Source: Oligoflexales bacterium (GTDB taxonomy: Bacteria; Bdellovibrionota_B; Oligoflexia; Oligoflexales; Bog-1112). From it: 64,000 bases of DNA. Position numbers and translations under genes: made by a program. Below, piece by piece: positions 29,819 to 40,289 of this stretch (position 1 is its first letter; each line of letters opens with the position of its first letter). Where the stretch lies: contig JBGCDR010000040.1 of NCBI GenBank assembly GCA_045105515.1, positions 32,001 through 96,000 of the forward strand. Reading direction: 5' to 3'. Under the pieces are notes generated by a model, which made no database searches, was not told where the DNA came from, and was given only the letters and a program-made list of their open reading frames with translations.

Positions 29819-30484
29819 ATGGACGTGAAAATTTTTCATTTGATGTTATTTATGTTGCTAAGCGTGAGCTGTGCTGACGATCCCTTAGGTTCTTCAACTA
29901 ACAAGAAAGAATCGACAGAACAGCAGGAAACCCAAGGTGTTAACAGGCCTATTAGCGAAAATGCAACTCCAGTTGATGCAGTCAAACCGCTAGAGTCTGG
30001 GGAAACATGGTCTCTTCTAACCGAAGAAGACATATTTACTAGCAAACAAGACATCACTATTTACCGAACAACGGATACCGATGATGAACTTTGCGTATTG
30101 AGCCCTGGCCTTCAATTTATCATCCTATCGAAAGCAAATACATACCTTAAAATTCGTCTTGATCGAATTGCACAAGATGAGAATTGTCCATTGGAGGAAC
30201 AGTCTGTAGGGTTTATTAAGACCGAAGACTCAGAAACAAACTCCGAAACTGAGTTTGAAAGCTCTGAGCTTGAGCCCCATAGGCTAACTTATGATCTTAA
30301 GATTTATCGTAGCAACGATAAAACTGATCAAGCACTTTGCACTGTAGCAAAAGGTAACGCTGTATTAATTAACCCAAGCAATACAAGCATCCAGGTACCA
30401 TATAGCAAGCAGTGTGACCCAGACTTTAACCTCGGCTACTACCGATATGTTCCTGGCATCTGGTGGGAAGATCAGCCTAGGTAG
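29819..30484 (+). CDS. Hypothetical lipoprotein with an internal duplication
   Basis: Lipobox SVSC; DITIYRTTDTDDELCVL versus DLKIYRSNDKTDQALCTV. Confidence 0.75.
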   Translation: MDVKIFHLMLFMLLSVSCADDPLGSSTNKKESTEQQETQGVNRPISENATPVDAVKPLESGETWSLLTEEDIFTSKQDITIYRTTDTDDELCVLSPGLQFIILSKANTYLKIRLDRIAQDENCPLEEQSVGFIKTEDSETNSETEFESSELEPHRLTYDLKIYRSNDKTDQALCTVAKGNAVLINPSNTSIQVPYSKQCDPDFNLGYYRYVPGIWWEDQPR

Positions 30485-30645
30485 TGACAATTCCCCTCAA
30501 GAGATAAGTTCAAAATATTTCTAACACTGCAAAAATAAAGCCACCTGATAGCAAAGCCTTGCATTCATAGGTAGGATTCATTAGAAAGGTATGCTGGTTC
30601 TAAACACAGCAAGCAATTAAAAGTATCCAGGAAAATAAAAAAATT

Positions 30646-32496
30646 ATGGAATCTTACCAAGTTATAGTTATTGGTGGAGGGCATGCAGGTTGTGAAGCAG
30701 CCCTAGCCTCAGCACGCATGGGTGTTAAAACTCTCCTGATGACTCAATCAGTAGATCGCATTGCTGCCATGAGCTGCAATCCGGCAATAGGTGGAACTGC
30801 TAAAGGACATTTAGTTAAAGAGATTGATGCACTAGGTGGAGAGATGGCAAAAGCCATAGACCAAACCGGCATCCAATTTCGCATACTAAATCGGAAGAAG
30901 GGTCCAGCAATTTGGTCATCTCGAGCCCAAGCTGACATGGGACTTTATAGTCGGTATATGAAGCATGCCTTAGAACAAACTGAAAACCTCGCAATTAAAC
31001 AAGATACCGTTGAAGGTCTTATTCTAGATCAGAGCAACAAAGACGCTCCAAAGGTGATAGGGGTAGATACCAAGATCTTTGGACAGATTATGGCTGAGAA
31101 AGTCGTTATCACAGCTGGAACCTTTCTTGATGGACTCATTCATATAGGTAAAAATAAAATCGGTGCCGGGCGAGCTGGAGATGCTCCATCTATAGGGCTT
31201 TCACAGTTTATTCGTAATTTCGGTTTTAGGGTAGGTAGGCTCAAAACAGGCACTACTCCAAGGCTTGATGCTAAAACAATCAATTGGAATATTCTTGAAC
31301 GTCAGGATTCAGATGCTGATATCATCCCTTTCAGTTTTTCTACACCAAAAATTGGTCAAAAACTTATCCCCTGTTACATAACCAAGACCAATGCTAAGAC
31401 TCATGAAGTAATTGCCAATCACATGGGTGAATCTCCTCTATATAGCGGCGAAATTACGGGAATTGGACCCCGTTACTGCCCGTCTATCGAGGATAAAATC
31501 GTAAAGTTCCCTGATCGATTATCACATCAGATCTTTTTAGAACCACAAGGCTATGACACCTGTGAAGTTTATCCTAATGGAATATCCACCTCTTTACCAT
31601 TAGCTGTACAAATAAAGTTTATCCGTACCATAGAAGGACTAGAAAATGCTGAGATTATTCGTCCTGGTTATGCTATTGAATATGATTTCGTTGATCCGAC
31701 CGAACTTAAAAATAACCTAGAGACAAAGAAAGTCTCTAATCTTTATCTCGCTGGTCAAGTCAACGGAACCACTGGCTATGAGGAAGCAGCAGCTCAGGGC
31801 CTACTAGCAGGCATAAACGCTGCTCTTGGCTGTAAAGGAAAAGATCCTTTAGTTTTAAGTCGCTCAAGAGCTTATATCGGAGTTCTGATAGACGACCTCA
31901 TAACTAAGGGTACCAATGAACCATACAGAATGTTTACTTCCCGTGCTGAACACCGCTTATTCCTTAGAGAAGATAATGCAGATACTCGCTTAACTGAAAT
32001 AGGACGAAGCTTGGGTCTTATTAATGATTCGGAATACCAAGCTTTTGCCGAAAGAATTAGGCAAGTAAAAGAAGGACATGAATACCTTCGACAAACTCGC
32101 TACGGAGAGCTTGATATAGCATCACACCTCTACGAAGGGAGTGACAACAGAGGAACACCCTTGATAAATCTTATCCGCAGACCTACTGCCACTTTGGAAG
32201 ACTCTGGAATACTTCCACACCTAGTAGCTTCGATTAAACGGCGCATAGAAATCGAGGTTAAGTATGAGGGATATATAGCTCGTGAACTTAGAGCTGTAAA
32301 AGACACTGAAACCCTCGATAAAATCAAGATTCCAGCCGCAATTAATTACAGCAAGGTCAATGGCTTAAACAATGAGGCTGTGCAAAAACTTGTACATTTT
32401 AAACCCCAGACCCTTGGCCAGGCATCACGTATCAGTGGCATTACTCCTGCAGCAACTCATATCTTGAGAATCTGGCTTAGGGATGGACTTGCTTAA
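30646..32496 (+). CDS. mnmG: tRNA uridine 5-carboxymethylaminomethyl modification enzyme
   Basis: [51 protein letters not shown]. Confidence 0.98.
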   Translation: MESYQVIVIGGGHAGCEAALASARMGVKTLLMTQSVDRIAAMSCNPAIGGTAKGHLVKEIDALGGEMAKAIDQTGIQFRILNRKKGPAIWSSRAQADMGLYSRYMKHALEQTENLAIKQDTVEGLILDQSNKDAPKVIGVDTKIFGQIMAEKVVITAGTFLDGLIHIGKNKIGAGRAGDAPSIGLSQFIRNFGFRVGRLKTGTTPRLDAKTINWNILERQDSDADIIPFSFSTPKIGQKLIPCYITKTNAKTHEVIANHMGESPLYSGEITGIGPRYCPSIEDKIVKFPDRLSHQIFLEPQGYDTCEVYPNGISTSLPLAVQIKFIRTIEGLENAEIIRPGYAIEYDFVDPTELKNNLETKKVSNLYLAGQVNGTTGYEEAAAQGLLAGINAALGCKGKDPLVLSRSRAYIGVLIDDLITKGTNEPYRMFTSRAEHRLFLREDNADTRLTEIGRSLGLINDSEYQAFAERIRQVKEGHEYLRQTRYGELDIASHLYEGSDNRGTPLINLIRRPTATLEDSGILPHLVASIKRRIEIEVKYEGYIARELRAVKDTETLDKIKIPAAINYSKVNGLNNEAVQKLVHFKPQTLGQASRISGITPAATHILRIWLRDGLA

Positions 32497-32813
32497 TTTG
32501 GGGATACTTGCTTAGTTATCCAGTTTAAGTAACTTTCATTTCCTCTTTCAATAGGCAGCTGAATTATGCATGGAATATCATAAGAATGTAGATTTTTGAT
32601 CTCACTAACCGTTGTATCGTATTTGGATTGGCAAGTTTTTAATAAAACTACATACTCTTCTTCTTCACAAATATTACCATCCCATTCATATACTGAGTTG
32701 ATTGGTCCCAATATATTTGCGCAAGCGATTAGCTTTTCTTGGACCAAGTTGCGAGCTATAAGTTTAGCTTCTGAAGCATCCTTGCAAGTTATATAGATTA
32801 ATACTGCTGTCAT
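32493..32813 (-). CDS. cutA: Divalent-cation tolerance protein CutA
   Basis: [28 protein letters not shown]; start placed at ATG 32813. Confidence 0.92.
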   Translation of the reverse strand: MTAVLIYITCKDASEAKLIARNLVQEKLIACANILGPINSVYEWDGNICEEEEYVVLLKTCQSKYDTTVSEIKNLHSYDIPCIIQLPIERGNESYLNWITKQVSPN

Positions 32814-32945
32814 ATTTATTCCAATTCTGTAACTTTTCACCAAGCCTAGTCCATCTCAGGATGGCTAAAACCATTAATAAAATGTTCAATCCAATAGCAT
32901 AAGGAATTGATTTTACCTGTCAATTCGCATGATATTTTTTAGGGC

Positions 32946-32972
32946 TCAATTTTCCAATAGCAAATCCGAATA
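32946..32972 (+). promoter_or_regulatory. Sigma28-like promoter in the cutA-queE spacer
   Basis: TCAA-N15-TCCGAATA. Confidence 0.4.
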
Positions 32973-32979
32973 GACTACT

Positions 32980-33168
32980 GTAAGTCAATTGGGACTTAGC
33001 AAAATTAGAGGTATATTTACCAATATTATTAATAACCTACCCTAATGCTGTTGTTCCTACATTAGTACTAACAGCATTCCGATTATCCTCCAGTTGATCC
33101 GCAAATTTTCCAACCACTTTCGTGTGAGCCTGAATATGTAGAGGAAAGGCTCACGCCCCTTCCTTTTC
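32980..33168 (+). ncRNA. Candidate structured small RNA
   Basis: Three hairpins between a sigma28-like promoter and a pyrimidine/U run; no convincing ORF. Confidence 0.3.
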
Positions 33169-33254
33169 TAGAACTGTGAGCTAACTTGTTTTGAACAAAC
33201 AAAACTGGTATAAAATGGACTTTCTTAGTAACAAAGGGAGTTAATCAACTCAAT

Positions 33255-33902
33255 ATGCAAAAAAGCCTTTTAGTAAAAGAGTTTTATAAAAGTATTCAAG
33301 GAGAGTCTTCATATTCTGGGCTTCCGTGTGGTTTTGTACGTTTAAGTGGTTGTCCACTACGTTGTCGGTGGTGTGACACAGTGTACGGTTTTAAAGGTGG
33401 TGACACCCTAAGCATCGACGAAATTTTAGAAAATGTCAAAGCTATGAATGTTCCATTGGTGGAACTCACTGGAGGGGAACCATTAGCCCAAGAAAATTCT
33501 ATTGAATTACTAAACAGGCTCTGTAAAGAAGGATATAAAGTACTTCTTGAAACCAGTGGGAGTATTAGTATTGAAAACGTCCCTGACAAGACCCACATCA
33601 TTATGGATCTTAAATGCCCAGACAGCCAAATGAGCGAACATAATTTATTCTCAAACCTAGATTACCTCAAACTTACTGATGAAATAAAATTTGTAGTAGC
33701 AAGCAAATCTGACTTAACTTGGGCTCATATGATGATTCATGAATATGGACTCGATAAAAGGTTCTCAATACTAATCTCACCTGCATGGGGACTTGTAAAA
33801 CCCCAAGATCTAGTAGAGTGGATGCTTGAATATAATATTCCTGCTCGTCTTAATCTCCAAATTCATAAATACATTTGGGGACCGAAAGCAAAATCCGTTT
33901 AA
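33255..33902 (+). CDS. queE: 7-carboxy-7-deazaguanine synthase (radical SAM)
   Basis: SIQGE, GCPLRCRWCDT, LTGGEPL, LETSG, LQIHKYIW. Confidence 0.93.
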   Translation: MQKSLLVKEFYKSIQGESSYSGLPCGFVRLSGCPLRCRWCDTVYGFKGGDTLSIDEILENVKAMNVPLVELTGGEPLAQENSIELLNRLCKEGYKVLLETSGSISIENVPDKTHIIMDLKCPDSQMSEHNLFSNLDYLKLTDEIKFVVASKSDLTWAHMMIHEYGLDKRFSILISPAWGLVKPQDLVEWMLEYNIPARLNLQIHKYIWGPKAKSV

Positions 33903-34051
33903 AATATTCCCATAAAAAAATTCTAAAAAATATCTCAACAAGCCTTAGCAGTTTACATTTTTTTTCCCATTTCCTAGTATGCATTTGAGTCGTTTAGCCT
34001 TCCTATGACTCTTATAATTGAGATATATTGTTCAGTCGCGATGAGGTGATT

Positions 34052-35074
34052 ATGCTAGGGTCTTCTCGTTTTTTATGCTTACTGTTATTCTTCATTTCGC
34101 AATTTAATTCGTCAATAACTTATAGCCGAGATGCCCCGTTAAATTTAGCAAGAATCGCAAATAAAATTTCTCCAATACGAGATTTTAATTTTCAAAATTT
34201 AGAAGCATTCAATCTTTTGGAGCTCTCAGAAGACGATTGGAGCTCTATAAAAATTGATGGTATGTATATTCCAGCTCCTAAAAAAGCTAGTAAATTGCTC
34301 AGATATCTTACCAAAGTACAAGAAGTACTAAATTCTAGCGACAAAACAACTGCAAAACTACAATTTGGAGATAGAGAACCTATTACAATAAAGCTACCTT
34401 TTCTGGGTAGAGGTCACAACGGAGCAGTATATGAAATTGAAACATCTTTTGCTGAAAAAAAAGTTATTAAATTCACACTCCCACGCTTGCAAGCAGTCCA
34501 ATCAGCAATTATAGAATATGAAGGTTACGATTTTTGGTTATATGAAGCTTCTAAATCCAGAAATTTTTCAATTCCAATTCAATATGATGCACATAAACTT
34601 GGATTTTATCGCACAATGGAGAAAAATAACGGGATTACGCTTACTAAGTTTTTGCTTATGCTCGGTGCAATTCATATTGATGACCTAGCCAGCAAAGAAA
34701 CCAGTTTCAATGATAAATTTCTTAGTGGTATATACTCGGTCCAAGCGACGCAAATAGCACAAGCAATCCAAAGTATGATTGGCATCATAAGCAATAATCC
34801 AAAACGTTGTGTATCCCTTTCTCCAAATAATATTCACGTAACTTACGATTTAGAAAATTTAGCAATCGAACGAATTGATCTTGTAGATATAGGACCCGTA
34901 CCCTCAAAATTAGCGGTATATCAACAGTTAGAAAATTTCAACCAGTTTTTGGAGCTATGTGCAGAAAGGCTCAAAAAGTACCTTACTGGAAGGGAGTATA
35001 GCTATGATGTTGAGGAATTAAGTAGATATCAGGCACTTTATTCTGGGCCGCAGCTAAAATGGAATCTACAATAG
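34052..35074 (+). CDS. Exported protein-kinase-like (pseudokinase) protein
   Basis: GAGG RBS before ATG 34052; signal-like N-terminus; LGRGHNGAVY, VIKF, SLSPNNI, LVDIG. Confidence 0.6.
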   Translation: MLGSSRFLCLLLFFISQFNSSITYSRDAPLNLARIANKISPIRDFNFQNLEAFNLLELSEDDWSSIKIDGMYIPAPKKASKLLRYLTKVQEVLNSSDKTTAKLQFGDREPITIKLPFLGRGHNGAVYEIETSFAEKKVIKFTLPRLQAVQSAIIEYEGYDFWLYEASKSRNFSIPIQYDAHKLGFYRTMEKNNGITLTKFLLMLGAIHIDDLASKETSFNDKFLSGIYSVQATQIAQAIQSMIGIISNNPKRCVSLSPNNIHVTYDLENLAIERIDLVDIGPVPSKLAVYQQLENFNQFLELCAERLKKYLTGREYSYDVEELSRYQALYSGPQLKWNLQ

Positions 35075-35155
35075 TGAAAAACCATTTTTAGCCGCAAATC
35101 AATGATTGAAAAGGAATATAATTCTACTAAAATAGAAGTTAAAGGAGGCTACAAA

Positions 35156-35461
35156 ATGGAATTTTTGGTCAACAACAAAACCTTAGGATGGGTAAAAAAT
35201 CTGGTTAAAGAGCAAGGATTTGACAGATTCGAAACTAAAACTTATTTAGGAGGCATCACTAAAGAATTTTTTGTAGGCCATCAAGCCGATATCATCTCTT
35301 TTGAATATGAGGGTGAATGGCCCGAGTGTCAAAAAAAGGATATTTGGCAACTTAAAGATGATGATGGCAAACTCATTGATTTCCTTCCCACAGACCTAAT
35401 ATCCAGCTTTACCCCAAATCAACTCGTGGTAAAAGGTGAACTAACTAAGCATCAAGCTTAG
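35156..35461 (+). CDS. Hypothetical protein
   Basis: Strong AAGGAGG RBS before ATG 35156 inside ORF 35102-35461. Confidence 0.7.
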   Translation: MEFLVNNKTLGWVKNLVKEQGFDRFETKTYLGGITKEFFVGHQADIISFEYEGEWPECQKKDIWQLKDDDGKLIDFLPTDLISSFTPNQLVVKGELTKHQA

Positions 35462-36593
35462 CATCCATCAACTCAATTAATTGTTCAATTTTAAAGGGTT
35501 TATCTAAAAGTGCTAAATTGGGGTACTGTGCTAAGAGCTTGGTGGTATCAATATTAGGCATTCCTCCTGTTGTAAAAATAATAGGAGTTGCTTTATTTTT
35601 ACCTTGAGACCTACACGCTTGTACTAGTCCTATCCCATCAATTTTAGGTATATCATAATCTGTAATTATGATGTCATACTCAACTGAATCTATATATTCA
35701 ATTGCCTTGCGCCCATCTTCTACAGCCGTGACCTTGATATTTTTCGACGATTTAAAATCGATCACTTCTGCCAAAAATTCTCTTTGCTCATTATCATCCT
35801 CGACCAAGAGCACCAAAAGACTATCTAGAATATTTTTTTCTTCTTTTGTCGAAACTAAATCAAACAAACGTGCTTCTTCAGATAAATTTTTTTCATCTGG
35901 AGAAACGAATTCCTGCGCCAAGAACTTAATGTTTTTTAAATTATCACTAATTTTATCGAAAACACCCATAGCAGTATTGTAAAATTTTTCAGGAATTTTT
36001 TCAATATTTAGGTCAAACGTCAGCATCAGTGTTGTAAGTCTACTACTAATTTCATGATTATATTTCGCTGAATCTAGTAGGGCTTGCTCTACTTTATGAC
36101 GATCACCATCACGTAGCTTGAGAGTTCGCAAAGTCAAAAGGTGGGATACATGTTTTGCCGAAATGGATAAGGATTTTTTTTGTAATTCGCTCAATGATTT
36201 AGGCCTATTATCCATGACACAAAGAGTACCAACATTGTAACCATTCGCTGACTTGATTGGAATTCCAGCATAATAAAAACAAGAGGGATCTTGATGAACC
36301 AAAGGATTATCATGATATCTATGATCTTCGCGACAATCAGCAACTTCAATAATTTCATTCCCAAGGACTACCTGATCACAAGGAGAGGAGCTTCGAGATA
36401 ATTTATCGATCGATACTCCAAAACAGGATTTAACCCATTGCTTATCGCTGTCAATAAAGCTAATTAGGACAATCTTAGCCTTACATACGTCAGCAACAAA
36501 CTCTGCTATTTGATCATAATTCTCATCTGATTCAGAACCAATAATTGCTAATTCTGCGAGTTCTACTAATCTTTTATTTTCTTTCTTTGGCAT
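35445..36593 (-). CDS. GAF plus receiver domain signalling protein
   Basis: GAF (ISFIDSDKQW, FYYAGIPI, VGTLCVMD); REC (LVEDD, IITDYDIP, KPF). Confidence 0.85.
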   Translation of the reverse strand: MPKKENKRLVELAELAIIGSESDENYDQIAEFVADVCKAKIVLISFIDSDKQWVKSCFGVSIDKLSRSSSPCDQVVLGNEIIEVADCREDHRYHDNPLVHQDPSCFYYAGIPIKSANGYNVGTLCVMDNRPKSLSELQKKSLSISAKHVSHLLTLRTLKLRDGDRHKVEQALLDSAKYNHEISSRLTTLMLTFDLNIEKIPEKFYNTAMGVFDKISDNLKNIKFLAQEFVSPDEKNLSEEARLFDLVSTKEEKNILDSLLVLLVEDDNEQREFLAEVIDFKSSKNIKVTAVEDGRKAIEYIDSVEYDIIITDYDIPKIDGIGLVQACRSQGKNKATPIIFTTGGMPNIDTTKLLAQYPNLALLDKPFKIEQLIELMDAKLDA

Positions 36594-36649
36594 AAGGACT
36601 GATTTTTTAGTTAAGGTTTTTTATAGTTCATATTCCAACCCGTACGCAG

Positions 36650-36677
36650 TAGTCGGACAGATCAGGGTAAATCTTTA
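36650..36677 (-). promoter_or_regulatory. Sigma28-like promoter
   Basis: Minus strand TAAA-N16-TCCGACTA. Confidence 0.5.
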
Positions 36678-36932
36678 ATGGCATCCCAGGCCAAGCCAGA
36701 AGCTTCATCTACTCTGTACCCTGTTAATATCATAAGAAAAGAAAGTCAGCGATATACCTTATCTAGTGCATTTTCCTTCAATGAACTAGCAAATCAAATT
36801 GTTCTTCTATTAAAAAAACAGATTTATCTTCTTGGAATTCACACCATAAAGAAAAATAAATTTAATTTAATTTACAGATACATGAGAAAATAATATTTAA
36901 TAATATTCATACTTTCCGATTAGTCTTCTAAA

Positions 36933-38075
36933 GTGGAGACTGAAACAATGATAATAGGAAATATTATTTATATTATACTACTTATCTTTTTAAAACTATC
37001 CTGTACCCAAGCAAGTGATTACAATAAATTACACAAAAACAATATTAAGGATAATGCTTCTGAAATATCAGACGTCAAAGATTCAGATGATGATCAACAA
37101 TCTAACAAGGACAAAGGAAATATTGATAATGTTGGAAATTCCGAAGATGGAATAGTTGAACCAGAAGAAGACAACACGACTGATAAACAAATATCAGAAG
37201 AAAAAACTGATACTACGACTGAAGGGACATCAAAAGTTGGAAAAGATGATAATGTTGATGACGACAAAATAATAAAAAATGAAAAAGATAACTCTGACGA
37301 AAAATCACCTCCTCTTACAAGTAACTGTATTGAAGGTCCCCCTAAGATGTGGATCAAACAGGAAGACATTGAAGTAAATCAAACCTTACACCAATGGCAT
37401 GTATGGCTACCTGAAGGAATAAACCAGCAAGATAATAATCATCCACTGGTTTTTCAGCTGCATGGGTGTAATCGTGATATAAATGATAAATTCAACTCAA
37501 ATATACCAGTCAATCAAGTCGGAGGAAATAATGCTATTCACATACGTCCTCTTATGAATGAAGGAGAAAATTGCTGGTCCCATCGAGGTGAAGACAGCCA
37601 GGGAGTTGCACTTTTTGATGCATTAATCGATAAAGTTCAAAATTGTTGGCGTGTCGATAGAGATCGTTTGTTATTGGTAGGTTGGTCTTCAGGTGCTTAC
37701 ATGTCTCATCAACTTAGTTGCTTGCGTGGTGACGATATTAAAGCTGTCGCAATGAATGGGGGAGGGAGAAGTCGAGCTCATAGCCAAAACTGTGGAAATG
37801 TTGATGCGACTATATTGATTGATCAGGATGATATTACCAATGTAGACCAACAGCCACGGAGTATTGTAGCTCGTGCCGCTCTTGATAAATACCTTAGTGA
37901 TAATGAAAACTGCATTCCTCTAGATATTAAAGGCCCTTCAGAATGTATAGAGTATGAGAAATACAGTTGCGATGATAATAGGTTTTTAGCTTGGTGCATG
38001 ACAACAAAACAGGGGCATAGCCGGCAACCAGAATTTTCTACCGAGTATTTCTGGGAATTCTTAGAACCCCTCTGA
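36933..38075 (+). CDS. Lipoprotein alpha/beta-hydrolase (PHB depolymerase/feruloyl esterase-like)
   Basis: Lipobox-like KLSC; acidic linker; PLVFQLHG, GWSSG nucleophile motif, C-terminal GH. Confidence 0.78.
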   Translation: METETMIIGNIIYIILLIFLKLSCTQASDYNKLHKNNIKDNASEISDVKDSDDDQQSNKDKGNIDNVGNSEDGIVEPEEDNTTDKQISEEKTDTTTEGTSKVGKDDNVDDDKIIKNEKDNSDEKSPPLTSNCIEGPPKMWIKQEDIEVNQTLHQWHVWLPEGINQQDNNHPLVFQLHGCNRDINDKFNSNIPVNQVGGNNAIHIRPLMNEGENCWSHRGEDSQGVALFDALIDKVQNCWRVDRDRLLLVGWSSGAYMSHQLSCLRGDDIKAVAMNGGGRSRAHSQNCGNVDATILIDQDDITNVDQQPRSIVARAALDKYLSDNENCIPLDIKGPSECIEYEKYSCDDNRFLAWCMTTKQGHSRQPEFSTEYFWEFLEPL

Positions 38076-38243
38076 AATAAACTAGATTCATCAATAATAA
38101 CATTTCTTAATATTCCAAGTCTAGCTCTGCACTGACTCGTAGAAAACTAAATCAAAACAATTAGAATTTGATAAAGAAGTCAATTTTATAACAAGCATCG
38201 AAGTTCATATTTTCCACCCCCAATAATAACAAGAAATTAATGT

Positions 38244-40265
38244 CTATTCAGATATTTGCAAAAATGCGATCTTATCACATGGTTTTGGCATCAAATCATC
38301 GTATTCAATATTATAGGAACTTTGATTCCACGACAGGGAAATTGTTGCTTGATCTTTGCGTCCCGGGAGATAAGAAAGATCAATACCATAAGGCAAGAGA
38401 AGGTGTTTAACTTTTTTCCAATGCACCGGAGAAGGGGCAAATATCGCATCTGTTGTCCGTGACGCACTGGGAGCTAGAGTTACAAAAACATGCGAAATTT
38501 GGCCTTTTATCTTTCTATGAAAAACTACTTCTACATTTTTACCTTCTACGAATGATGTCATCATGGAAATAATATGATAAAAACTAGCAATCAAAACGCT
38601 GTTAGGTATCCAAGCAAATTTAAATATTTTTAAAGATTCAGGTGTATTGATTTTACAATGCAAAGATTCTTTTTCGAACATAATCAACTTGCTAACATAG
38701 TTGCACACTTCCTCAACTTGCATCGGAATACTTTTAATATCCTTCTCAACAAAAGCCAAACCTGACCAATATGATATGGTTTTCAAAGACAGTTCTTTTT
38801 CCGCATAAAGCTGACTTATAATTTTATCTGTATTTTCTGATGCTACTAGGAGACGATTACCAAGGGTCAAAAACTCTTCAATATTCTCTTCTAGCTTATG
38901 TTTCGACCCATGTTCTCCACTCATCTCACAAAGTGACCTTAAAAATTTACGCGAACCTTTCTCTTGAAGGTTTTGCGACCAATTGGAAAATAATTTATGA
39001 AAATCCTTCATGACTATCAAGGATTCATACTGATTGTAATCGCGTATTTCCTTTAGTAATTTTCTCTGATTCACTTGCTTCTCAATAAGGAGAGGTGCAT
39101 TTTGGCAAATGTGATAGGCGAGTGACCCATTTTCCGCTACTAAACTTAACTCTTCCTTAAAATTTTTAACCTTTTCTCTAAGCTTTTGATTTTCATGATT
39201 GATTTCTTTGAAATGAGATAAAAAATCTGATTTTTTTGACTGTTCTTCTTTTTTTAATGCAAGAAGTTCTTCACACCAAATTCTATACTTTTCATCAGCA
39301 TATAAACTCTTCGTCCTTTGCTCCTGATTATGTGCGGGATGTATGGTATTTTGCTGCAAGTCCCGACACCAGTTAAAAAAATCATATTCTCGTTCTCCAA
39401 TAATTCGAAGACGCCTTTTTAGGACAGTTACGGTAAAAAATGCTAAAAGAGCTGATAAAATTAAAAAAGTCACTTGAATCTGAGAAAATGCATTTTTAAT
39501 GCCTGCAACCCTGCTGGGAAGTAAACTAAGTAGCCAATGCTCCGACCACATCGATGCCATATATCCAGACTGAGGCTTATACCCAGCGTCAGTTATTAAG
39601 TACCTCTTGCGACCAGAATTTTGATTCAAATTTAACTTAAATTCTCTAAATGCCTTGGTAAGTGCTGGATAAAGTGCAACCCATTCATTATCCAGCACCA
39701 GCTTCGCAACCAGGAGAATACTTGTGTTTTCTGGTAACCTAGCTCGAAGCCCCATCACAGGATTTCCTTCTTTCGTTTGGTCCCAGAAAAACCCACTTGA
39801 AGTATGCTTCTCATCGAAGCAAGAGGTCTGAATGCTTTTATCAAGGGTGGACTTTAAAATTTGATTACAATTCGGAAGACCGTATACTTCTAACTGGTCG
39901 AGTTCTCCGTGTCTTAAAAACAAATTCCCATATGAACGAAAAACAAGATCCTTGCTCTTATTATTCAAGCTACTCATATCGATATGTTGTTTAAGCTCAT
40001 AAAGATGGGAAGCTAAAAAAGCGCCAGATTGAATGAGAGCTCTATGATACTGCAATTCCAATTCATCAATATGATCTGCTGATTGTTCAAGATACCTATT
40101 ACCAAGCATACCACCTATTCCAATAGCTAACGCCAGGAGAGTACTGAATATTGGAAGGGGTAGGCGAGCAATTCGAAACACAGATCCTCCTGCAACTAAA
40201 ATAGGGGTCCTGTGTTCGATTCTATCATTATTTAACAACAGACCATAAAGAACAACGGCTATCAA
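38244..40265 (-). CDS. Hypothetical membrane protein with sensor-kinase-like layout
   Basis: Two TM helices around a periplasmic domain, then coiled coil; no clear H, N or G boxes. Confidence 0.7.
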   Translation of the reverse strand: MIAVVLYGLLLNNDRIEHRTPILVAGGSVFRIARLPLPIFSTLLALAIGIGGMLGNRYLEQSADHIDELELQYHRALIQSGAFLASHLYELKQHIDMSSLNNKSKDLVFRSYGNLFLRHGELDQLEVYGLPNCNQILKSTLDKSIQTSCFDEKHTSSGFFWDQTKEGNPVMGLRARLPENTSILLVAKLVLDNEWVALYPALTKAFREFKLNLNQNSGRKRYLITDAGYKPQSGYMASMWSEHWLLSLLPSRVAGIKNAFSQIQVTFLILSALLAFFTVTVLKRRLRIIGEREYDFFNWCRDLQQNTIHPAHNQEQRTKSLYADEKYRIWCEELLALKKEEQSKKSDFLSHFKEINHENQKLREKVKNFKEELSLVAENGSLAYHICQNAPLLIEKQVNQRKLLKEIRDYNQYESLIVMKDFHKLFSNWSQNLQEKGSRKFLRSLCEMSGEHGSKHKLEENIEEFLTLGNRLLVASENTDKIISQLYAEKELSLKTISYWSGLAFVEKDIKSIPMQVEEVCNYVSKLIMFEKESLHCKINTPESLKIFKFAWIPNSVLIASFYHIISMMTSFVEGKNVEVVFHRKIKGQISHVFVTLAPSASRTTDAIFAPSPVHWKKVKHLLLPYGIDLSYLPGRKDQATISLSWNQSSYNIEYDDLMPKPCDKIAFLQISE

Positions 40266-40289
40266 TTAACGCGTTCTATGGCTCAAACC

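Noticed and set aside
29502..33254. oriC near mnmG (gidA)
   Set aside because: No DnaA-box cluster seen in the flanks; rsmG, parAB and dnaA are absent from the window
33100..33254. Canonical preQ1 riboswitch upstream of queE
   Set aside because: No match to the preQ1-I stem, loop and A-rich tail pattern by eye
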